A DNA stretch of 64,000 bases from Camelus ferus (Eukaryota): positions 63,738,001 to 63,802,000 of the forward strand of contig NC_045697.1 in assembly GCF_009834535.1 (NCBI RefSeq), written 5' to 3'. The notes below the pieces were generated by a model. It had not been told where the DNA came from. It made no database searches and was given only the letters and a program-made list of their open reading frames with translations. Below, piece after piece: positions 54,049 to 64,000 of this stretch. Position 1 is the first letter of the stretch. Every line of letters starts with the position of its first letter. Position numbers and translations under genes: made by a program.

Positions 54049-54059
54049 AGTTCGCCCTC

Positions 54060-54362
54060 CACTGGTTCCCAGCAACAGGTGGCTGTTGGGAAGTTGAAAT
54101 ATGGCTAATGTACCTGAGGAACTGGATTTCTTATTTTATTTAATTTTAATGAATTTAAATTTAAAAATCAAAGAAGTACAGAATATTTATTTCTTAAATA
54201 TAACCTGATTGTTTTGGAAGACTGTGTTTCACTTTAGCTGTTGCACTGTGTAAGACATTGCTGCTTAATCCTAGTGTGAATTTATATTTTACTTTTTAAA
54301 ATATGATTACTAGAAAATTTTAAATTATACATGTGCCTTTCATTACATTTCCATTGGGTGGC
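54060..54362. mobile_element. MER3/MER33/Charlie1-family hAT relic
   Basis: GTGGCTGTTGGGAAGTTGAAATATGGCTAATGTACCTGAGGAACTGGATTTCTTATTTTATTTAATTTTAAT and ACTAGAAAATTTTAAATTATACATGTGCC...CATTACATTTCCATTGG match the two ends of this family. Confidence 0.7.
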
Positions 54363-57300
54363 TACCCTCACCCCCTAGATTGAGCTAGGCCTCACTGTGT
54401 GTCCACCCAGTACCCCGTATTTCCCTAATCTTGACATTTACTTTATTAAAATAATAATTGCTACTGTATTACTATATTTGTCTTATCTCTGACTTGTAAA
54501 ATTACTGAGTAGAAATATGATATTTTTTATGACATTTGTTTTCCTAGTACAGTACCTACAAAAAATAGATAATAAAATTATACCAAATGAATGTTTGAAA
54601 AGAATAAATGTTAAGAAAAAGAGCTAGGAACCCATGAAGCTTAAGGTAAACCTTATGTTAAGATTTTATTGTTTTAATCACTGCAAGCAATTACTTTTAA
54701 ATAAGCTGTTAAGGTTTACCATTAATTTTCATGGATGAAAATTCGTTCATAAAAATATTAATTCATAAATTCCAAAAGACTGATAATTGGACATATCTTT
54801 CCTTTACATATTATATTATTTTTATTAGTTATCTTTTTTAAAGGAGGGACAGAAAAGAAAATGAGCTTTCTGGAATTTTTCATTAGAGATGCCACACTAG
54901 GATTGTAATTTAAAAATAGATTTCCATATAGATGCAACAATATGGCATAACTCAATGCCACCTATAGATTGTCTCAGGGAGCATAAAATCATATTTTGCT
55001 GTTACAATATGAGAATAAATTTATAGTGTTAATTTTAGTACAAATGAGAGATTAAAACAGTCGTTTCAACAGTGTTGCAAAATATAAACAGAAAAATTAT
55101 TAACTTTAATTGGAAGTTTATTTTAATGAGGAACCCTTTTGGAAAATAATATTTCAAAATTCTTGTGCTTTAATGAAAATGGGGGAGGAGGCTATTTCTT
55201 AGAACCTTAGGAGAATAGTCATTGAGAAAGTAGAATCTATGACATCACATTTATTATGTAAACATAGAAATGTATGAGCCATGGGGACAAAACGTGTTGA
55301 TGAGAGTGACAAAAGTCATGGAATAAATTTGGCACTAAAAATGGTGTCAATTTTTTTCAAAAAAATTTTTTGAGGAAAATGGGGTCACAAAGAATGTAAG
55401 TGTAGGAAGTTGTCGTAAGAAAATAATTAAGACCAAATTTAAAATGAATCTACTTAAAATGATGTATCAGTTTAAGGGAACTTTAAAGGAGCTTTGACTG
55501 GAATTTAAGCAAAAGGGTATTTATTGGCTGATGTAATGAAAAAAAATATTTCTGAATCATTGAATTGTCTTCTACATTGTAAAATTAATTGATGAAATAT
55601 TATAAAAAACTATATTGCATTAAGTCATTCTAAATTGATTCAGTAGTAGTTAATGAGGATTTTATGTTCCCACAAACAGCACATCAATGCTTCTAAAGGT
55701 AATTAATTAATTGGGTCCATACAGTTTTCCTCCTCAGTGATATGCTTTGACAATATGTGTGATTAATCTCCTTACTGTTTTATTTAATTTCTACTGTCAT
55801 TCTTTATGTTCTATGTCTTTTTTTTTTTTTGTATATCTTAAATTTGCAAAAGAAAATACATTTTCAAATTATTTTGTATTTAATTCAGGAAGTTCCATAT
55901 CACTGACTATCTAAATTAAGTATCCCCATCATATTTTTTGAAAGATCATTTGGACGATATACCTTTGTGAAGCTAATAAGACACTTCAGAAATGTCCATA
56001 TGGAGTAAAAATGAAGTTAAGCAACAAAGACATTGCATTTAGGTTGAGTCATTTATAAATGATTAAGAAATTAGTCAAATAGTGCAATGCTTTTTACTAA
56101 GTGTACTGTACAGTGGCAGGGCTGGGTCAAGGAAAAAATAATGTGTGATTTGGGTATGTCTTCAAGTAGAGCACAGTCCAGAAGCATTTCCCTTTCCATC
56201 CAAAGCCATGCCCATCTTTAAATGTCTCCCAAATCTAGGTAGACGGAATAAGTGAAAGCAGACTTGATAGAGGCCCATACCTTTGGATCCTGCAGTATTT
56301 TCATGCATTTGTAACACAAAAAGCAGAAGCGGTAAAAGCTAGTTATATTTTAAATTTGTTGCCAAAAACTTTGTATTTTAATGCCTAAAAATTGACCAAT
56401 TGTATGAAAGTTAAGATTTTTTTTAAATTTTGCAATCAGTATATAATCTATCAAAGAATTTTTTTAGCCTGACATGGAACAAGTAAAATGGAAGATTTTA
56501 CTGATTTAGAACACAGACAAGGAATAAATGTTTCACAAAATCAAATGGCAGTAAAAAAAAAAAAAAATTGTCTATTTAAAAAACATTAAATTCTCTTTAA
56601 TGGCAGTTTTATATTATAGTTACATATGTACATTAATTTTACTCATATATGTTTGATTATGTTAATTGTTAATAAATAGTTAATAAATAAGTTAAAGTAT
56701 ATAGTATATTTAATAAAGTTGTGTCAGTTATTAACTACTATTGTGATAGTCATAATATCTAGTTTAAAAAAATCCCTCAGGTTTTAAAAAGTTGGCTAAA
56801 TGGAGCAGAAAATATTAACAAGAACAATTTCTAAGCAACATTTACTGAGAGTTTACTGTGCACCTGACACTGTGCTAATCACTCTATGTGTACCAGTCTT
56901 AATGAATATTTCCAACAGCCCAATGATATACCTACTTTTCAGCATCTTTGTTTATAATGGTGCCCCCCAAATAACAATTTCTGTTTGGACATGCCACATA
57001 TTGTAAGAATTACATTTCTCTATTTTTCTTGGTAGCTGCTAACCAAATCACTATTTGACAGTGGCTCAAGCCTGCATCTTGATCAAAGCAGAATGAGAAT
57101 GGATCTTCCACTTTATATGTAGAAATAACCTATAAGCTCAGACTCTTATGAATAAATGAATGAATTATTCCTGTTACTGTGCTGAAGTATTTAGGGTCCA
57201 GGGCTCAGTCACAAAACCTACAGCTATTTCAGATGGGGATGAAAGAGATGAATTAAATTGAAATACCTGTTGCACATGGAAATATTAGCTGTCATTATCA

Positions 57301-57757
57301 ATGTGAAGGTTTATACGGGTCATAAACTCATGTTTAAATTTATAGATTGCACTAGGGAGGCAAATCTTGCAGTACCAGACATAGAATTTTTTTTTTCCGC
57401 TGCATAAAATAGATCAGTTTTTCCTATTAGTTGAACTATTGTTGTAAACTGGCTGATGATATCATGGGATTACAGATTTGATCACTTGTGAATTTCTGAT
57501 ATTTTTAATGTATTAATTGGTGGCATATGTAATGTGTGTGGGGGGTATTCTTGAATGTGGTCATAAGTTCTGTGATGCAAAAATTTTAATATTTCTTTCC
57601 AAAGTGACCTCAATAGATGAAGTATTTTCAGGATAACGAAATTGCACTATGGTTATCATATTGTAACAACTCAAATATAAAAAATAATAAGAGATCAAGT
57701 ATAAGATGATTATTAGCAGGATATTACAATTTATCAAATTATGAGTTCACAATTCTT

Positions 57758-57883
57758 TTTTTTCTTTGTGATGAAAACTCTTAGTATTTACTTTCTTAAC
57801 AACTCTCGTATGTATGTATGTATCACACAGCAGTGTTAACTATCGTCGACGTATTGTAATTACACCCCTGGTAGTTATTTATC
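57758..57883 (-). mobile_element. 126-bp LINE-1 3'UTR fragment with TSD
   Basis: The minus strand reads ...ATAAATAACTACCAGGGGTGTAATTACAATAC...TAGTTAACACTGCTGTG...GTTGTTAAGAAAGTAAATACTAAGAGTTTTCATCACAAAGAAAAAA, which resembles an L1MA-type 3'UTR. Perfect 12-bp TSD TTCACAATTCTT at 57746-57757 and 57884-57895, followed by AA as expected for an L1 endonuclease site. Confidence 0.85.
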
Positions 57884-58098
57884 TTCACAATTCTTAATGA
57901 GGCAGAACACCCTGCTAACGCTGATGAAGTTGCTCTTCATAACTCAGGTTCCAAATTGCTCACTTTACTTCTTTTGGCTCATCAGGGCGGAACTCCAATT
58001 ATATACTAATCTCATCTTATTTTTAGCACTTTTTTATTTCATAATGCAATCAATAGAAATGTGCCTAATACAGATATTGGTCTCTGTTGGTGTCTTGC

Positions 58099-59235
58099 TT
58101 GTACTAGTTAGGATGGTCCTTTGGCTGTTGTGACAGAGATCCAAAACAACTGTCAGAAAAAAAAAAAAAAGACCAAAATGATGAAGAGAGTCAGCCCTAC
58201 AAAGTAATCAGGCTCCATGTTTCTTTTTATTTTTATTATTTAAAAAAAAATTTTAATTGAAGTATAGTCAGTTATATGTCAGTTTCTGATATACAGCTTA
58301 ATGTTTCAGTCATACATACATATATGCATACATATATTCATTTTGATACTCTTTTTCACTATAGGTTACTATAAGATATTGAATATAATTCCCTGTGCTA
58401 TACAATATAAATTTGTTGTTTATCTATTTTATGTATAGTAGTTGGTATCTGCAAATCTCGAACTCCCAATTTATCCCTTACCATCCCCTTTCCCTCTGGT
58501 AACCATAAGTTCATTCTCTATGCCTATGACTCTGCTTCTGTTTTGTAAGGAAGTTCATTTGTGTCTTTTTTTTTTTTTAAGATTCCACATATAAGCAGTA
58601 TCATACCATATTTTTCTTTCTCTTTCTGGCTTCTTAGAATGACAGTCTCCAGGTCCATCCATGTTTCTGCAAATGGCATTGTTTTATTCTTTTTTTATGG
58701 CTGTATGGAGATTCCTTAAAAAAAAAATAACTAAAAATGGACTTACCATATGACCAGCAATCCCACCCCTGGGCATATATCTGGAGAAAACTATCATTTG
58801 AAAAGATATGTGCCCCTCAGTGTTCACAGCATCACTATTCACAATAGCCAAGACATGGAAACAACCTAAATGTCCATCATTTATGGACATTTAGGAATGA
58901 TGATGAATGGATAAAGAAGATATGGTGTAAATATACACAGTGGAATACTACTCAGCCATGTTTGTTTTATCTTGCTCCTCTTCCCAGCTTTGGGGTTGCT
59001 TTCCTTTGCATGGTTCAAGGTGACTGTGTGTCACATTCACACAAAATGGAAGAACACTTTTACTTGCCTCCTTTCATCCAAATCTTAGAATCACACCTGC
59101 CTGCAATGGAAGCCAGGAAATATGGTATTTACTCTGTGTGATTCTAACCCTCTATGAAATGCTACAGGTTCCAGGACTCAGAGAGAAGGGGAATGTGAAT
59201 GATGGGAGGCAACTACGTTGTAGACTTTGCCATGC
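58099..59235 (-). mobile_element. MLT1J-like MaLR LTR split by the L1 at 58228-58959
   Basis: TGTACTAGTTAGGAT...GGCTGTTGTGACAGAGATCCAAAACAAC lies left of the L1. ATGGTTCAAGGTGACTG...CACACCTGCCTGCAATGGAAGCCAGGAAATATGGTATTTA...GGGAGGCAACT lies right of it. Confidence 0.65.
58228..58959 (-). mobile_element. 5'-inverted (twin-primed) LINE-1 inserted into a MaLR LTR
   Basis: 3'UTR and ORF2 end on the minus strand at 58228-58703, then the upstream ORF2 segment on the plus strand at 58703-58959. TSD CCATGTTT[C/G]TTTT at 58215-58227 and 58956-58968. Confidence 0.92.
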
Positions 59236-59794
59236 TGTCAGGGGTGTCTCTCTGTTGTCTAGAGAGGCAGGATGACATTTTTGTTGTTGTTATTATTCAA
59301 GAAGATTTCAAATGCATAATTCCTACAAAGGACCTCGAGACTTAATGTTGAACTTTAAAAAATATAATCACTGACCATGGATTCAGGAATCAAAAGAAAT
59401 TGATACTTTGTTTAAAATATATTTCCTTGGCTTTCCTCACTCCCCTGTGTAAGATGTAAGGTACCTGAAAGCATTAAGGATCCACAGGACACAAGCAATG
59501 AACACTGAAATGAGAGTCAAAGAAAGCTGGGAGATAATGCTAGTTCGATAGAGAGAGAGATTTCCATAGTTTTAATTTATCTATGAAGTTAAACATTTTC
59601 TTGGAAAGAATGTTGATCAAGAATAATGGTTTGGTGTGTAATATTAGGACACTATGTAGGCAATGTCTTCAATTATAACTATAAAAGATACACGAATATG
59701 GAGCAAATTAACAGACCTTTCTGTATAATTTTGGATTAGCTGAGGCTTAAATATCCTTGATTTAGGCATTACATGTGAAATTATTTTCATTAAT

Positions 59795-60010
59795 CAGTGG
59801 TTCTCAAACTGGGACAGTTTTGCTCCCCCAGGGACATTTGGCAATGTCTGGAGACATTTTTGCTTGCCACAATTGAGAGAAGGGTGCTATACATCTAATG
59901 GGTAGAGAATCCAAGGATGCTGCTTAATATCCTAAAATGCCCATGACAGCTTCCACAGCAAAGAATTATCCAGCTCAAAATGTCAACAGTGCCATTGTTG
60001 AGAAATCCTT
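59795..60010 (+). mobile_element. MER20 hAT-Charlie MITE
   Basis: CAGTGGTTCTCAAACTGGGACAGTTTTGCTCCCCCAGGGACATTTGGCAATGTCTGGAGACATTTT...AAAGAATTATCCAGCTCAAAATGTCAACAGTGCCATTGTTGAGAAATCC, about 216 bp with degenerate TIRs. Confidence 0.92.
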
Positions 60011-62334
60011 GTCTAAATTATACAACAATGTGAACTTGCTTGTAGCATGAAAAAAATATTTTTTAGTCAGATGTAATCCATCTGGTTACTATGTCCATTG
60101 AGAGACTTCAAATGCATTTGTTAGAAAATTGTATTTTAAAAATAGTATCCTTTTGGATTTGATGAGTTAGTCAAAAAAAGCATGTGATTATCTGAGAGTT
60201 GAACTTTAAAATAGTTATTTAGGATTAACCATTTCAATATTAGTGAATAACTACATTGTTCAGTTTTAAAATAAATCAGTTTCAGCTTTTGGTCCTGGTA
60301 ATAACTAGTAGAGACATATACCTTAAAACAGTATAAATGTTTATGCTGATAATTCTACTTGCTACACTTTGCTATAATGATAGACTTCTAACTTTTGTCT
60401 AATAAGAAGACAATAATTTTATGAAATAAGAGTTTTTCATAAGTCTCCCTGAGACAAAGCCCCATTTGAAAAAATTTAAAATTGTATTACAGCTAATATT
60501 TATTCATTCAACAAATCCACACTGATTGCCTAGTACTGTTCTTTTTTCTGAGTGTTGGAGCTATAGCAATAAGTTAAATGTCACCATGGATTTAGATAAT
60601 AAACTCACACACATAAATACACACTCATGGATGTACATATATCAGTATATACAGGAAACATACATTGATAAAAATATATCTATATATGCATTAATATGTG
60701 TATACATGTGTGCTGTGTTAATACATGTATGCATATATTCTATGTTATGCTAAAAAAAATATGATACATGGAAAACCAAGTGCTCGAGTTTGAGAGTAAA
60801 ACATTCTGTGACAAAGTGATATCTGAGAAGAGATCTGATGAAAATATAAACACTATGAATCAAGCAGCAGATTTGATTGATACTTGATTTCTTTAAAGTC
60901 TTTAACATTTTTACCATAGTAATTACTGTCTGTTGGGTCTAGAAAGCACCAGATATGAGAGTTTAATAGTGATTAGTGGTAAAAAATTATTGATGGTAGA
61001 AAATGTTTTGAGTAATAGCATTTGATAATTCTAAACTAGATAGAAAGCCTTATGAAGATTTTATGATAATGTAATACATGGTTAGTGCCTCTAGATGTCA
61101 AATTATTGACTGGGATATAATTTTTTATAACTATGATTAAATAACTAAAGATTTGAACAGGAAATAATGTGTTTGCTACAGCAAGTTTATTATTACTGCA
61201 ATTTATAATGCAAGACAATTTAATCATTTGTCCTTTATAAATATGAAGCCTAGGAACGGTCTCTATCCTCAAGGGGGTGACTTAAAAAAAAATAAGTACA
61301 GTTAAGAATTGCACGGGGCACAGTATAGACACAAGTAGTGGAGAATTAATTCTGCCTGGGGTAAATGAGGAGAGACCTTGAACTGACTTGAACTCATCAA
61401 CAGGCTTGCATAAATGGTGAATTAGATTGATTTAAACCATAGAAGGCTATAAAGCATTTAACTTGACCCTGCTTCACTGTAACAGTCCTGAGGTCTCATT
61501 TAGAGCTACTATATCAGGAAATCCCTCCCCACTGAATGAATGATTAAATAAATAGATAAATAATTGTTACAGTCCTTTTAACTTTCCTTATATTTGAAAC
61601 AATATAAAAAATGTCAGTTGGTATAGAAAGGATCTACCAGGCCAATTTCTTCTGAATCAGTGCCTTAAAACTTCCTGCAAGATAGGAACATTTTGCTATT
61701 TATGAGGATTTTTACAAGTAAATTATGTGGAAAAAATACTGCTATTTTAATCATTAACATATTCCCATAAAATTGAAGCATCATGCTTTGTATAGAACAT
61801 ACCTTTCTTTCAACACATGAAGATCATGAATAATATGTATGCTCCTAAAATGTACATCATTTTTAGTTGCTAGAAGTATTTTCTTTAATAAAAAATTTAG
61901 TATTGGGTGTTATTTTTGACATAAATCTTAACTAAAGAAAAATATTAAAGTGGCATTGTTATTAATATTAATTTAAAAGTAATTTACTTTTACAAATAAA
62001 ACATTTTTATGATCTTTAGATAAAAATGAGAAGCAACTCTTAAAAACTCTTCTATAAGGACATGATATCCTTATGTTCCTTAATCTAGCATTCTTAATCT
62101 ATTAAGTCTCCCACACAAATAAAAATAATACTTACTATTGTATGTAAAAATATTTTTAATTGCCTGTGATTTATGAGACCATTTATTTTGAAATCAACTG
62201 TGCAGTCCAATAATTGCTAATAATAAATTTTTTATTTACCCTTCAATTTTGATTTAATCTTTAACAAGTTCCCAAATCCAATAGACAATCAAATGTATAA
62301 CATTATTAATGTACATGCTCACACATGCTGATAT

Positions 62335-63593
62335 TCTTTTTTTTGTATATGTATTTCTTACTGAAGTATAGTCAGTTTACAATGTTGTGTCAATTTCTGG
62401 TGTACAGCATAATGCTTCAGTCATACATAAACATACATATATTCATTTTCATATTCTTTTACACCATAAGTTACTACAAGATATTGAATATAATTCCGTG
62501 TTATATACAGTATGAACTTGTTGTTTATCTATTTTATATATAGTAGTTAGTATCTGCAAATCTTGAACTCCCAATTTATCACTACCCACCCACTTCCCTC
62601 ATAATAATCATAAATTTGTTTTCTAGTCTGTGAGTCTGTTTCTGTTTTGTAAATAAGTTTGTCTTTTTATTTAGATTCCACATATAAGTGGTATCGTATG
62701 GTATTTTTCTTTCTCTTTCTGGCTTACTTAGAATGACAATCTCCAGGTCCATCTATGTTGCTGCAAATGGAATTATTTTATTCTTTTTTATGGATGAGTA
62801 GTAATCCATTGTGTAAATATACCACAACTTCTTTATCCAGTCATCTGTCAGTGGACATTTAGGTTGTTTTCATATATGTCTTGGCTATTGTAAATAGTGC
62901 TGCTGTGAACATTGGGGTGCGTGTATCTTTTTGAATTAAGATTCCCTCTAAATATATGCCCAGAGGGATTGCTGGATCATATGGTAAGTCTATTTTTAGT
63001 CTTTTGAGGAATCTCCATACTGTTTTCCATAATGGCTGCACCAAACTACATTCCCACCAGCAGTGTAGGAGGATTCCCTTTTCTCCACACCCTCTCCAGC
63101 ATTTATCATTTGTGGACTTTTGAGTGATGGCCATTCTGACTGGTGTGAGGTGATACCTCATTGTGTTTTTGACTTGCATTTTTCTGATAATTAGCAATAT
63201 TGAGCATGTTTTCATGTGCCTATTGACCATTGGTATGTCTTCATTGGAGAATTACTTGTTTAGGTCTTCTGCCCATTTTTGGACTGGGTTTGTTTGTTTC
63301 TTAAGTTGTATGAGCTGTTTATATATTCTGGAAATTAAGCCCTTGTTAGTCTCATCTTTTGCAAATATTTTCTCCCATTCGGTAGGCTGTCTTTGTTTTG
63401 CTTATGGTTTCCTTTGCTGTGCAAAAGCTTACAAATTTAATTAGGTCCCATTTGTTTATTTTTGCTCTTATTTCTATTGCCTGGGTAGACAGCCCTAGGA
63501 AAACATTTCTAAGATTTATGCTAGAGAATATTTTGCCTATATTTTCTTCTAAGATGTTTATAGTGTCTTGTCTCATGTTTAAGTCTTGAAGCC
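62335..63593 (-). mobile_element. 5'-truncated LINE-1 (ORF2 C-terminal region plus 3'UTR), same 3'UTR type as the 58228 copy
   Basis: Minus-strand ORFs 62859-63230 ([11 protein letters not shown]...[19 protein letters not shown]) and 63352-63576 (INKWDLIKF). The 3'UTR closely resembles 58255-58700. Only a weak TSD can be seen. Confidence 0.95.
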
Positions 63594-64000
63594 GATAATA
63601 AATTTGAAGGCAGCCTTAAATTATTGAGAAATTCTGAATATTCTTGAGATGATCTGGTAATTAAATTTTCCCTTAGTATTAAACCAAAATTAAAAATTTT
63701 AACTGACAGTTCTGCTTATTACAAAGCACTTAGGCTGCTTGCTCTCTATAGAATGTACATACACATTGTTTCATGAGGAAATACATGACCTCAATTATTA
63801 ATATCTTTTTCTTTATTTGATATATTTCAAGACTCGATAGGAACACTTTAAAATACTATCTTTGGTTATAGATATTTCATGCCTTTTTAACCCAGGGGCA
63901 TTAAAAATTAAGTATATTTTATATTAATGATGTTAAAAACAACTGACAAAAATCCTCATCATTTCTATATAAACTGATGGTGAGAAATAGAGGATGATAT

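Noticed and set aside
57915..57995. CTGATGA motifs on both strands, suggesting a hammerhead ribozyme or C/D snoRNA (also CTGATGAG at 20112)
   Set aside because: No stem II followed by GAAA and no cleavage triplet can be built. The C-to-D box distance is only ~40 nt with no terminal stem.
1..64000. CRISPR array, operon, prophage or other prokaryotic system
   Set aside because: There are no regularly spaced repeats and no gene-dense ORFs. Composition and repeat content are mammalian throughout.

Overview
AT-rich, CpG-depleted mammalian non-coding DNA, most likely from a camelid (alpaca, llama or camel), because it carries a TSD-flanked tRNA-derived SINE that looks like vic-1. I recognise no host protein-coding exon, structural RNA gene, CpG island or CRISPR array. 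The long ORFs in the track are LINE-1 ORF2/3'UTR fragments or their antisense shadows, and the rest look like chance ORFs. The window is a layered record of transposons. There are eight delimitable LINE-1 insertions (seven on the minus strand), several with clear target-site duplications. It also has ERV1/ERVL/MaLR solo LTRs, DNA-transposon fossils (a Tigger1 deletion derivative and MER58-, MER20-, MER103- and Charlie-like elements) and many MIR/L2 relics. The antisense bias suggests an intron of a + strand gene. The most unusual observations are: (1) two independently inserted, inverted L1 copies 6.2 kb apart that look identical over 661 colinear bp although the longer copy's ORF2 is frameshifted; (2) two twin-primed L1s, one nested in an older L1 and one with a 13-bp fold-back insertion; (3) a 126-bp L1 3'UTR piece that appears internally primed; (4) a candidate 9-nt microexon. 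I found no solid evidence for a new multi-gene biological system. Repeat family names come from recalled consensus sequences and need RepeatMasker/Dfam confirmation.
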